Positions 41,866 through 54,206 of a stretch of 64,000 nt of DNA are shown here, in pieces. The translations under genes and the position numbers were made by a program. Source of the stretch: the human T2T-CHM13v2.0 reference genome, Homo sapiens. The notes under the pieces were generated by a model. The model was given only the letters and a program-made list of their open reading frames with translations, made no database searches and was not told where the DNA came from. Positions within the stretch are counted from its first letter, which is position 1. The number at the start of each line of letters is the position of its first letter. Location: the NCBI RefSeq assembly GCF_009914755.1, contig NC_060934.1; one strand, given 5' to 3'.

Positions 41866-42499
41866 TAAAGTGATTTATAAAAAGCTGTTTATCATAACAT
41901 TTAATGTTTTCAACTGTGAGATCATACGCTCAGGAATAAATACTAAATCTGTGCTACCTTTCTTTTTTTTTTGCCTTTTTCCTTACCAGTTCCACTAGTT
42001 AACCTCTACTCATCTAAAACCATTATCGACTGAGGTTTTTATGAGACTAATGTATGTTTTCCCAGTAGTACATTCATTGTCAAAATGAACATCATTGATA
42101 GATCTTAGTGACAACTTTGATATGTGGCAATTCCCTGTTCTTAGGTATATTTAAGAGACACAAGGCCTTATTTTTATTTATATATTTATTCTACTGAAAT
42201 CCAGAGTACTTTTACAATTTAACCCTTAGCCCAAGGTATTTCAAACAATGTGTCACTTATTTATGTATTTATTTTTTTCTGATAGCAGAATCATTATATG
42301 TTCATGGTAGAAAATGTAGAAACTACAGGAAAGCATGAAGGCTAAAATAAAATTAAAAACCACTTCAATGCTAACCCCAGAAAAAAAAAATCACTGGTAA
42401 CATTCTGGTCTATTTTAAACTTTTCTCCCTCTACCAGCCAAGAAAATGTAAATGAGACAAGGTGGGAATTTCTTCATGTAAGAGGAAAACAATAAAACA

Positions 42500-42850
42500 G
42501 AACAAAACAAAAGCAAGAAAGAATAAAAGTAGCCTGTGGGTAGAAAGACAACCCAGACCTTTTATGGCTGCTCCGTAAATTTTTCCAAGACCCAAGTTAC
42601 TCATAGTTCACTACTATTCCATCCTTTGAGTTCACTATATTCCTAGGGTACCTCATTTTCATGGCCCAAGATGGCTAATCCAGCTTATCTCTTATCTCTG
42701 CATTCTGGCCAGTAGGATGGAGGAAGGGAATTGAATGAGGGCCCATCCTCGGCCCTTAAAAGAGGCTTTCTGAGAACTCCATGCTTCTTCCATATACATT
42801 GAATTGTCCAGAATTTAGTCACCTTGTTGCAAAGGTAGGTGGGCAAGAAG
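42500..42850 (-). mobile_element. Old MLT1 (J/K-like) MaLR LTR fragment
   Basis: CATGGCCCAAGATGGCT..TGCATTCTGGCCAGTAGGA..ATTGTCCAGAATTTAGTCAC motifs. Confidence 0.55.
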
Positions 42851-43544
42851 TAGGAGTCTTAGAAAGAAAGGAAGAATAGGAGAATAAATGAAAGAAACTA
42901 TCAATTTTTTGGTAGGAATTCTCTCTAGTTGGTGGGATTATGGATGACTTATTTTTCCGTATATGTATATATTACGTATACTTGTATTTTCTAAATTTGA
43001 TATAATAAGTGTACAAAGAGGTTTAAGAAAACTGGAAAGAGTTAATTTCTGTAAGACAGGTGAAAATATCAGGCATTTTTCAGTTGTTTAAAAATAATCA
43101 ACTGTTTTCTTTTTAAAAAAACTTACATAAAAGTAGTGCTGATATTTCAGCTTGAAGAAAGTAAACCAATGCTCTATAGAGGCTAAGAAATTTTCCAATA
43201 TCACAAAGCTTATGCATAATGGAAACTGTCAAGCAGTTAAAAAGATCTCATTTTAAATTCATGCTTATTACACAAAGCAACAGTTATTCCCTCAAAGGAG
43301 GGAAACTGATGTTTATTAAGCACCTTCATGTGCCAGGTGCATATAGCATGTATATAAGATTCCTGGTCTACTTAATTATCTAAATCAAGGTTTGGCAAAA
43401 ATTATCTGTAAAAAGTAAGACAGCAAATATTTTAGGCTTTGTAGACTAAGATGCTGAATCAAGAATATCATTTGGGTATTTACATCACAAAAAATAAAAT
43501 AAATGTCTTTTTCTTATTTTTTCAAGCATTTAAAAATGTACTCT

Positions 43545-44010
43545 AAGGGTGAGGGGAAATTTTTTTCCACCCTCTGTAGGTATGATAATTTTAGTTTCTG
43601 ATAATTTTAGTCTCTAGAATAAACTGACAGTAAGTGAATTAACAGGAGAAAAAGCATGTACATTTTTTATGTGCATGTGCTTGAGAACATCACAAAATAT
43701 AGCTTAAAGAAGGGTCCCATGATTGAATCTTAGACAGCAATTTGCATTACAGAAAGAAATAGAAGATTGGGGCTTCTCTGAAGGAGGTGGCAACACAAGC
43801 TATGGAATGGTGAGGGGAGGAAATGCATGATGATCAAATATTGTCTTATCGCACAGATAAAGTCTCTCTGGTACGGCCCTCAGAGGAATAGGTGAAAAGT
43901 CTATCTGGGTTTAATGCTCTAGTTATGGAAACTTTTAGTCCCTTCTCCTGTGATATGAATAAATCTTGCCTGGTTAATGTCGATTACAGGGAGGGGGTTC
44001 ACAATTGAAA
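43545..44010 (-). mobile_element. MER4-group ERV1 LTR fragment, preceded by a MER58-like fragment at about 43385-43540
   Basis: ATAAACTGACA..ATTAACAGGAGAAAAAGCAT..TTGTCTTATCGCACAGATAAAGTCTCTC..GCCCTCAGAGGAATAG motifs; subfamily uncertain. Confidence 0.6.
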
Positions 44011-44554
44011 ATAGAAATCTAGGGAGGTTTTAAGCAGTGTTTCTAGGCCCTTTTCTACTTAAATAATGTTGTGATTGTCTCCTTAAAGAAAAGGCTCATT
44101 GAATGCGGTGTATTAGTCATGAATGGCAACAAATCTGCCCACACAGGAGGGACCTGACTTGCTGAGTCATGCACTCAAAAGCAAGAAATGACAGACTGCA
44201 ACTGGAGTTGACAAGAAAGGGCCTTGTATAAAGGTGTCCTGTGAATTGAGCAGGACGAGTGAGGTTGCTGAGTGACGTAAAATTTCATTGGTTCTCAGTA
44301 GCTAGGCGTTTGAAGAACCTCAGTAGGGATAGTCATTGAGCATATAGTAATCATCACTCCTCTCTGTTGAACTCTCAGTGCTTGCCAAGCTTATTGCATA
44401 GCTAGTTGTAAACTTCTAATTTTTCACAACAATGCTGATAGGTATGTATTATTCCAAATTTATAAATGATGCAACTGAGGCTCAGCAAAATTAAATCATT
44501 TCCAAGGTGACACATTTATAGGTAGTAGAGCTGCATGGAAACGTGAATATTTAT

Positions 44555-45120
44555 TTATTTTTATTTTTAATTGACAAATAATAATTGTATATGTTTATGT
44601 GGCACAATGTGATATTTTGATACATGTATACATTGTGGAATGACCAAATCAGGACAATTAGCCTATCCATCACCTCAAATATTTATCATTTATTTGTGGT
44701 GAGAACATTAAAAATTAACTCTTTTAGGTATTCTGTAACATATAATACATTATTATTAATTACAATCACCTTGCTTTGCCACAGAAGCCAGAACTGATTC
44801 CTCCTATCTAACTGAAACTTTTACTTGTTGACCAATGTCTGCCCTTTCTCTGTCTACCTTCTTTTCCTCCACTCCAGCCTCTGGTAAACACCATTCTACT
44901 CTATGCTTTTATGAAATTGGGTGTTTTAGATTTTACATATAAGTGAGATCATATGGTCTTTGTCTTTCCATGCCTAGCCTGTTTCACTTAATATAATGTC
45001 CTCTAGGTTCATTCAGGTCATCACAAATGACAGAATTTCCTGTTTTCTTTTTAGGGCTAAATAGTATTCCATTGTGTATAGGGCTAAATAGTATTCCATT
45101 GTGTATACAGACCACAGTTT
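44555..45120 (-). mobile_element. L1MA-type 3' end containing a perfect 27-bp tandem duplication (45052-45105)
   Basis: TTTTTAATTGACAAATAATAATTGTATATGTTTATG..; TAGGGCTAAATAGTATTCCATTGTGTA x2. Confidence 0.88.
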
Positions 45121-45361
45121 TCCCCCTTGGATTACTTATTTTCTTGTACTTTAGTCAGACGCTTCCCCAAATGTGTTTCAATCTCCATAATGGCCTCTTT
45201 TCCAAAGAGCTGAAACTGTGCCTTGCCTCTTATCATCTTTATGATACCTCCTGCCCTCTAACATAAAATATTTTAAAAATAAATACTGAAACAAGAACTT
45301 AGATGAGTTTTGCAAAACAGAACTGTGTTCTAGGCCTAAATTTATTGAAAGTAAGGGAGGG

Positions 45362-45790
<429 letters not shown>

Positions 45791-46612
45791 GTGAGGGTAT
45801 GAAAGAGCAATGAGTCTATGGGGGTACGTCCACACCCAAGGTCATCACATTGCATGGGGCAAGTGAGATGGAAAAGGGTCACTGAGTCTTGGGGCCTCCA
45901 GAAACATCAGAAATTAATTGATTTATCAATTGGGAAAGTCTTAGAAAAATGTATAAAGACATATTGTCTGTACATAGGAGGCATTCACTTCCCCTCAATG
46001 TAGACTAAAAAAAGATGAAAGAAAGCCCATAAGCCCACATTAACCAAACGCACACACATGAGAAACTCCAAGTGTCCAGATTAACACCCTCAGATAGGCA
46101 CTTGGTGTTTTCAGCTCTGGGGCTGGAGAGAAGATTATGGGGCTTTGGCTTACAGAGACAGAAGCTTCTGTCCCCAGAGAGGGGACAATAGCTTCCGAAG
46201 TCTCTGGCAAGTGATCTGGCAGGTGGTACTTGACAAGCTGGATGGGAAGGAAGTGCTGTTTTGAAGAAGATTCTCCCCTCCTTCCATTTCACCAAGACAG
46301 TGACTTGCAGAAAGTTTGTGTCCTATGCATTTCTTGAATATAGAGGACTGGCATTTCTAAAGAGCACATCTCTGAAGGGACAGATGCTGGCCATTTAAAT
46401 GTGGGCTTTGCATGTTGTGAACTGACTGGTTCTGTGCAGTAGGACTAGGTCCAGTTTGCTATTAACAGTTGTATTTGCAGAGCCCAATACTCTCTCTGGC
46501 ACTTAGTACGCACACAACAAATGTTTGCTGAATGGTTGAATAAAGTAATCCAGAATGAAAATATCATTTCCCCATGAACATAAATTATAACTTTTTTTCA
46601 TTGGTTATCAAT

Positions 46613-47790
46613 TATATCACATTTTAAAATCCTTTCTTCTGTTGACAGACACTTGTTTCCATATCTTGGTTATTGCGAATAATGCTGCAATGAACATGGG
46701 AGTGCAGACATACATCTATTTGTCATATGAATTTCAATTCCTTTGGGTATATACCCATTAGTGGGATTGCTGGATCATATGGTAGTTCTATTTCAAATTT
46801 TTTGAGGAACCTCCATACTGTTTTCTATGATGGATATAGTAATTCACATTCCTGCCAACAGTATACAAGGGTTTTCTTCACATCCTCACTGATACTTGTT
46901 ATGTTTCATGTTTTTAATAATAACAAATTTAACAGATGTGAGGTGACATCTCATTGCGGTTTTAATTTTCATTTCTCTGTGATTAGAGATGTTGAGCATT
47001 TTTTTTATGTAACTGTTGCCACTTGTATATTTTCTTTTAAGGAATGTCTATAAATACTCTCCTGAATAGCAAAAACAATCCTTATCAAAAAGAATTAATC
47101 TGGAAGCCTCACACTACAATATTTCAAAATATATTACAAAGCTACAGTAATCAAAATAGCATGGCACTGGCATCAAAGCAGACACATCAGCCAATGGAAT
47201 AGGATAGAAAACCCAGAAATAGATCCACACATCTATGGTCAGTTGATTTTTGACAAATGTGCCAAGAACACACAATAGGGAAAGGGCAGTCTCTTTAATA
47301 AATGGTATTGGGAAAACCATTAATAGATATCCAGTGTATGATTTGCAAGTATTTTCTCCAAATCCATGGATTTTCTCTTCACTTTATTGTTTTCTTGGCT
47401 GGCAGAAGGCTTTTTAGTTTGTTGCAATCCCATTTGTCTATATTTGCATTTGTTGCCCGTGTTTTGGGGTCATATCCAAGAAATATCTACCCAAAGCAAT
47501 GTCATGGAGCATTTCCCATATGTTTTCTTCAAATAGTATTCCAGTTTAAGGTTTTACGTTTAAGTCTATTGTTTATATTGAGTGTATTTTTGCATAAGGA
47601 GTGAGACAAAGGTCTATTTTCATTCTTTTGTATGTGGATAAGGGGTATACACTATCCAAAATATACATACACTATCCAAAATATACAAGGAACTCAAAAT
47701 ATCCACTAACCAAAAAACCCTCAAATAATCCTATTAAAAATAAACAGAAGATGTGAATAGATATTTATCAAAAGAAGAAAAACATAAGTC
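46613..47790. mobile_element. L1 ORF2 3' region in four alternating orientations (-,+,-,+)
   Basis: About 46613-47052 minus, 47065-47319 plus, 47327-47641 minus and 47638-47788 plus; 20-bp tandem duplication at 47647-47686. Confidence 0.85.
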
Positions 47791-50700
47791 TTTAACTCAA
47801 ATCTCATGACCCTTTTAATATATCATACTGCTGCTTATGCTACTGAACAATGACCCAGAGGGTTGTGTTGAAAGGGTGCACGGAGCATTTTAAAAAAATT
47901 GCTTTAGCATTGTTTTGCTTGTGAGATAGAGATAGTGTCACTAGTTGGAATGAATGCACAATTACAGGTATTTGATTCGTGGTCCCTGCATTCATTGAGT
48001 ATACTTGGGAAATGACATGGATTTTTGAATTTAAAGGCTAGATGTTAAGCTACTGGAAAAGTATTGAGAAAATGCAATTCTTCTCACTCTTCTGCTATTG
48101 AGGCTTGGGGCCTAACTGCATTGAAAAGGAAGAAGTAAGTTGATTTTTCAGTTAACGTGATTGAACAGTTCAATTCAAATATAGAGATTGTCAAAGCACA
48201 GCCTACAGAAATTATTTGCTCCGAGGGTAGAACTTGCTTTGATATGGTAGTTAGTAAGTTTTATAAAGTTTTTTCTAAATAAAACATTTAGAGTAAAGTT
48301 CTCAAGTCTTTTGAATATGGCACTTAAAGAAATTAAATAGCATACTTTATTGGGCATTGAGAAATACAGTTTGGAATATGAGCAGAATTTTACTAGTTTC
48401 AGATACTTTATGTTCTGAAACTGTTTACCTTTCTGGTTTCATCTCTTGCTGTTTGCTACCACACATTTTTTTAAATTCCTGCCATAAACCTTATTTCCTC
48501 AAATGCATACAGATTTTTCCTCTCCTGTGTGGCTTTGCCCTGCTCTTCCTGTTGCCTACTAGAACTTTATTCCCTCTCCATTGGGGTAAGGCCCATTGAT
48601 TCTTCATCTACTCTGGAAATCCTTCGTGGCTAGGGTAGGGGGCTCTCCTTCATGATCTCATAACCTACATGCATTTGTCTCTCCAGTAGCATTTACCACA
48701 CTGTCCGGATGTTTGCTTTCTGCTTTTCCCACTAGGATGTAAATAGTTTGAAGGCAAAGACTGTATCTTTTGTCTCCATAACCCAATGCTTGGGCCCTAG
48801 TATACTCAGAGCAAATACTGATTAGATGGTTTAGGATACTAAGGTTTATTTGATTTGCCTAGTGATATATTTTCTCTTCTAATTCACCCAACTTTTTGCT
48901 TTTCTGCAAACTTTTAAATATTGGGCTATCATAGTAGAGAGAAAGTTGCTGCATCCATTGTTCGTCAAGGATGAGTCTCACTGCATCAGTGAGACTTTTG
49001 ACACTTTAGTCCTGACTCTTATCTGGGAAAGTCTAAAGCCAATTTACTTAACTTGCAACTCTCTTTGTGATCCATATCAATACAATTCATTAAAAAATAG
49101 TAATAGTTTAAAACACTTATCAATAAAAAACAGATTTAAAAGTGATTTACATACAGCTAATAATTAGGCATTTTTAGGAAAATATTTAAAATATAACATT
49201 CAAGGGTGTATAGCTAAGTTTTAATAATATATGTGCTCATGTATAGTGATCTAAAGATTTTCTCTGGTTTTCAATCCAAGAGTTATTTGTGGTTGTTTTG
49301 TTTTTGTTTTGTTTTATCTAGAGCCACTCAATGTAGCTAAATAGATCCAGTTATATATGTTCTTTCACATTTGTGCTAATAAGCGAAAACAACATTTAAA
49401 AGCCATAGAGAAAAGGGCAGAAAATCTAAACATGAATAATGAAGCCCTATAAAACCTCTGGGCAGTTTTAGCAGAGTTTCCGAAAGGAAGTGTCCTCTGG
49501 GACTCAATCAAATCTCCTGTACTTATTTTTAAAGGGAGCTTCCTTTTTTAAGTCAAAGATAGAAATAGTTTTACTTGGAAAGTGTCCTGCAGGTGTAAAT
49601 TAGCAGACTAACTCCCTGGGGCTGAAATGTCTTCCTTATCTTCTTTGTTCTTTTTGTCTTTAGTAATGAAAGCAGAGATTGTTTTGGGAATCCTTTTTTT
49701 CTGCCTAAATTCTTGGAAAGCTTAAGTTTGAAAGCTAGTAGGTCTAGGAATTTTCTAGGCTAATGAGAAAAAAAAAATCACGCTACCCCTAGGGCTATTG
49801 TTAGCCTAATGGGAAGTGATGGGAAATAAAAACAACCAAGTTCGTTCTGAGGCAAATAAATTTGTTAAGTGCTGAGATAGACCAATTTTTCCAGCCAAAA
49901 CTGGGACTTATTACTGTATAATGGCCCATAAATTTAGCTGTATAATGGCTGTATAATGGCACATACATTTTAAGTTTAATATTTTGAAGGCAGATTCAAG
50001 AAACTGACTGTAATAAGAGCATTCTGGTCACATTGATACAGCCTGCCAGAGTGTAAATAGGCTCTGCAGCAGAAATGTGTCAGAAATGTAGAAACTGACA
50101 TTTCAGGACTGCCCCCTTAGACCATTACCATAAGGAAGAGCTACTTTATTATTATTTTTTTAACAGTTGGTTGAGCAGAGGTTTTCAGAATTAAAATGAT
50201 TTTGAAATAAAGATGAAATGTGCATGGTTATTTTATTAAGTGCATATTTGTTACTGACCTCCCAGCTCATTTCTGCACTCAGTTTCCTGTTGCTGTACTT
50301 TTCAGAGTTTCATATTCAAAGTGACAGTGGGAACATTTAGCGTAGAAGCCAACAAATAAATATGTCTTCTACTTCCCCCATGCCCACCCCACCTCTACCA
50401 TGTTGAGTTGGAAACATTTAATTCAGTGATTTGCACAGGGGACAATTTCAAAGCTTGTATTTAGAATAAGAAAGTGGCTGAAAAGGAAATGTTATGCTCA
50501 ATAGAAAATTATGACTCACTGATTTTGCATATGGGTAATATTTTTGAAAGACCACTTATCTTTTGGGAAGTGTGTGAAACTGACAGGAATTATATTGAAA
50601 ACCAGCCAGATAGCCATGATAAGCAGGAACCTGACTTTGTTTTGGATATGCAGGGTTCTCGATAATCGTAGTGGTTTACTAACCAATATTCTACAGGGAA

Positions 50701-51522
50701 GAATTATTCTTTACCTTATGGCAGAAGCATGCCTTCCTATGGAGGTCGTTCTTTAGGTGAAGTAACAGGAACCATCTACTATAACTTCTCACTGACCCAG
50801 TCCCATGAGGGCTGCCCCAAGGTAGGTGAGGAATTGCTCCCCAGTATTAGTTACCCATTTGAATACAATTCATTTCTACCAACAGCAGTTTTCTCCTATT
50901 TTTCCTAGAGCATGCAATATCTAAGTTTAGTTTTTAATTCTTGAGGATGCCATTTTAACTAATGGAGTTCAGTAAGTGACAGCCCTGTTTTCCTCCCAGG
51001 CATTTCAAATCTAGTTTTAATTTAGATCAGCAGTTCAGGAGCAAATTATTTGCCAAATGCAGGTGGCAGACCGTTGCCTTTCTCCCTAATGTCCATCTGT
51101 GGAGCACTTTGAGACTTTTCTAAAATGATGAATTGATATGTCTGTTGGGAAACAGCTTGTTACCCAGAACAGTGGTGTACATAAATGAGAAGCCTGCACA
51201 CTGCAACAGAGACCACAGGTGGTATTCATAATAAGGCATCTGTGGATGATGTTAAGGATTTTTGAAGCTATTTGATTTTTTTTTTCTCTTTTCAACTAAG
51301 GGTTTTCTTGCTTAGCTAACATTTCATTTTTTAAAAGATTTGTTGTGTTCTTAGAGGTAATCTCTTTACAATTTAAATATGTCCAAGAATCCTTTTTATT
51401 CTGATACTTTTTACAGTCACGAATAGGCTTAACAACTGATATGGATCATGCAGGTTCTCAGGAGACTCAGAATACAACTTTTGTTTTGTAATGCCACCTA
51501 TGTCTTTATTGAACCCTCTATT

Positions 51523-51846
<324 letters not shown>

Positions 51847-52641
51847 TGAACCCTCTATTTTAAAGAGAAACAAATACAATGAAGAGTCTATAACACTTAT
51901 AAAAAACAAACACTAAATTTCAGTCAATAAGCAGAATAATTAAAATATAGGGTTTTATTTTTATGGAATACAGGTTATGAATCCCAGGATTTCAGAGTTG
52001 GAGGCATCTGAATCAGATCACCAATAGATGAATGATTTCGTTTTCTTGTCATATAGCCATTTTGTACCTACTTAAATTCTTCCAGTGATAGAAAACTTAT
52101 CTCTTCTAAAATAAGCTCATTACATTTTTAAAATGCCTCCTGGCCTCTTTGTAACTTTATCTCCAGTAAGTCAATCTCTCTCTCTCTGTCTCAATCTCTC
52201 TCTCACTTAAGAGTGATTCCTGTGTGATTTAGTTTATTCATTCATCATTTATTGAACATGGACTCTGTGCTGGGCACTGAACCAGGTTTCAGGACTTCAT
52301 GGATGAAGAAGACATGGTCTATTTTTTCAAACAGTTCATAGTCAAATGGGAGCAACAAAAAAGGAGAAACGAAAAATTATAGTACAGTGTGATAAATGCC
52401 TTGTTAGGACTAAGCATGAAGTGATACAAGAACATATTAAGAAAGCACATAGCCTGGACTTGTGGAATATGGGTAGGCTTTCAGGAGGAGGTGAAATTTC
52501 AGGTCAGTCTTGAGGAATGAACAATGAACTAGAAATATTAAAAATGCATAAGATTTTTAAAGAGAGATTTTTAGAAATTCTGTTTTCTTGTGCAGTTGAA
52601 TTTTCTAATTTATTCAGAAATGTCATGAATTCATGCTGTGA

Positions 52642-52980
<339 letters not shown>

Positions 52981-54089
52981 GGCTTTCATATTTTGCAATG
53001 AAGTATAGAGTCTTGGATTTCAAGGCAGATACTTCTAGAGGCTTTGAAACTGTCCAGATTCTCAGCTAACACAGATGGGATGTTGGTCAGTTGGATTCCC
53101 TCGCTGGCTAAGTGGGTCTGACTTGACTGTCTGATTCATACTTGTCCTATGGGCTTTGAATGTGGTATTTTATTTGATCCTCATAGGAGTGCTTTGGGGT
53201 AGGCACTACAGTCAGCGTTGCGTATCATTATTCTGGGATCACCAGTTACAAATAAGTGAAAACTGTCAATCTGGGATTGCTAAGGTAAAACAGTATGATA
53301 CTAATTGTATGAAGGTAATACTCTCAGCTGATGACTGAGTGTTATGAGGACACATTCTCTGAGATATCATCCAACTTGCATGTAGCTTAAACTAATGGAA
53401 GCAGACCATTTGTTACACTACACGATGGCTGAATGGTGCCAAAGAAGACCCTCCTATTCAGGCTTTCAGCTACTTTTTTCCTTCTGATCCTTATGTGTGG
53501 TTCCTGTGGTCTTGGTCAGTATCAGCAAACATGTTTAGTGACAATGTGTTACCTGTTACTTCTCTATGCTATAAGAAACAAAGGACCATGCTTTTCATGT
53601 GAGTGGAATTTAGCACTCATTTTGATATTGCCACTAGAATTTTATGTTAGATAACAAAATTATGTGTGTATGTATGTGCATACTATATGTGTATATGTAT
53701 ATTCATATATATGAAGCCCTTTAAAGTGTTCATTTGCTTTTCTCAATCTGTATCTATTTATCTAACTAGTGTATGTCATATAGTATATATTATGCAATAT
53801 TATAAAAGAAATTATGCCTGTCAATTATAAGAAATTATATATTTGTAAGAAATTTTGCCTGCAATTAAAAATATTTCTTACCTAGTGTTATATTTAATGC
53901 TTACTCTAAGAAATGTGAAACAATTTTCTATTTTCATAAAAAAATAGAATATGAACAGAACTTTGTTTAAAGCTTTGGCACATTTTGAGGTCAGATGGTC
54001 ATTATGAATATAGTACAGATCATCACTAAATAACCTATAGATGTAAATTTTTCACTAAATTTATTTTTATTTAAATTTAGGAAAATTAT

Positions 54090-54091
<2 letters not shown>

Positions 54092-54122
<31 letters not shown>

Positions 54123-54206
54123 AGACGGAGTCTTCTGTTTCACCAGGGTGGAGTGCAGTGACGCAATCTTGGCTCACTGCAACCTCCACCTCCTGGGTTC
54201 AAGTGA
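54092..54206 (-). mobile_element. 5'-truncated Alu (last ~85 bp of the right arm) with a T30 tail
   Basis: TSD GAAAATTATTC at 54081-54091 and 54207-54217. Confidence 0.92.

Noticed and set aside
45027-45266. ORF with the repeated peptide GLNSIPLCI
   Set aside because: It reflects a 27-bp tandem duplication inside antisense L1 sequence, not a protein repeat.
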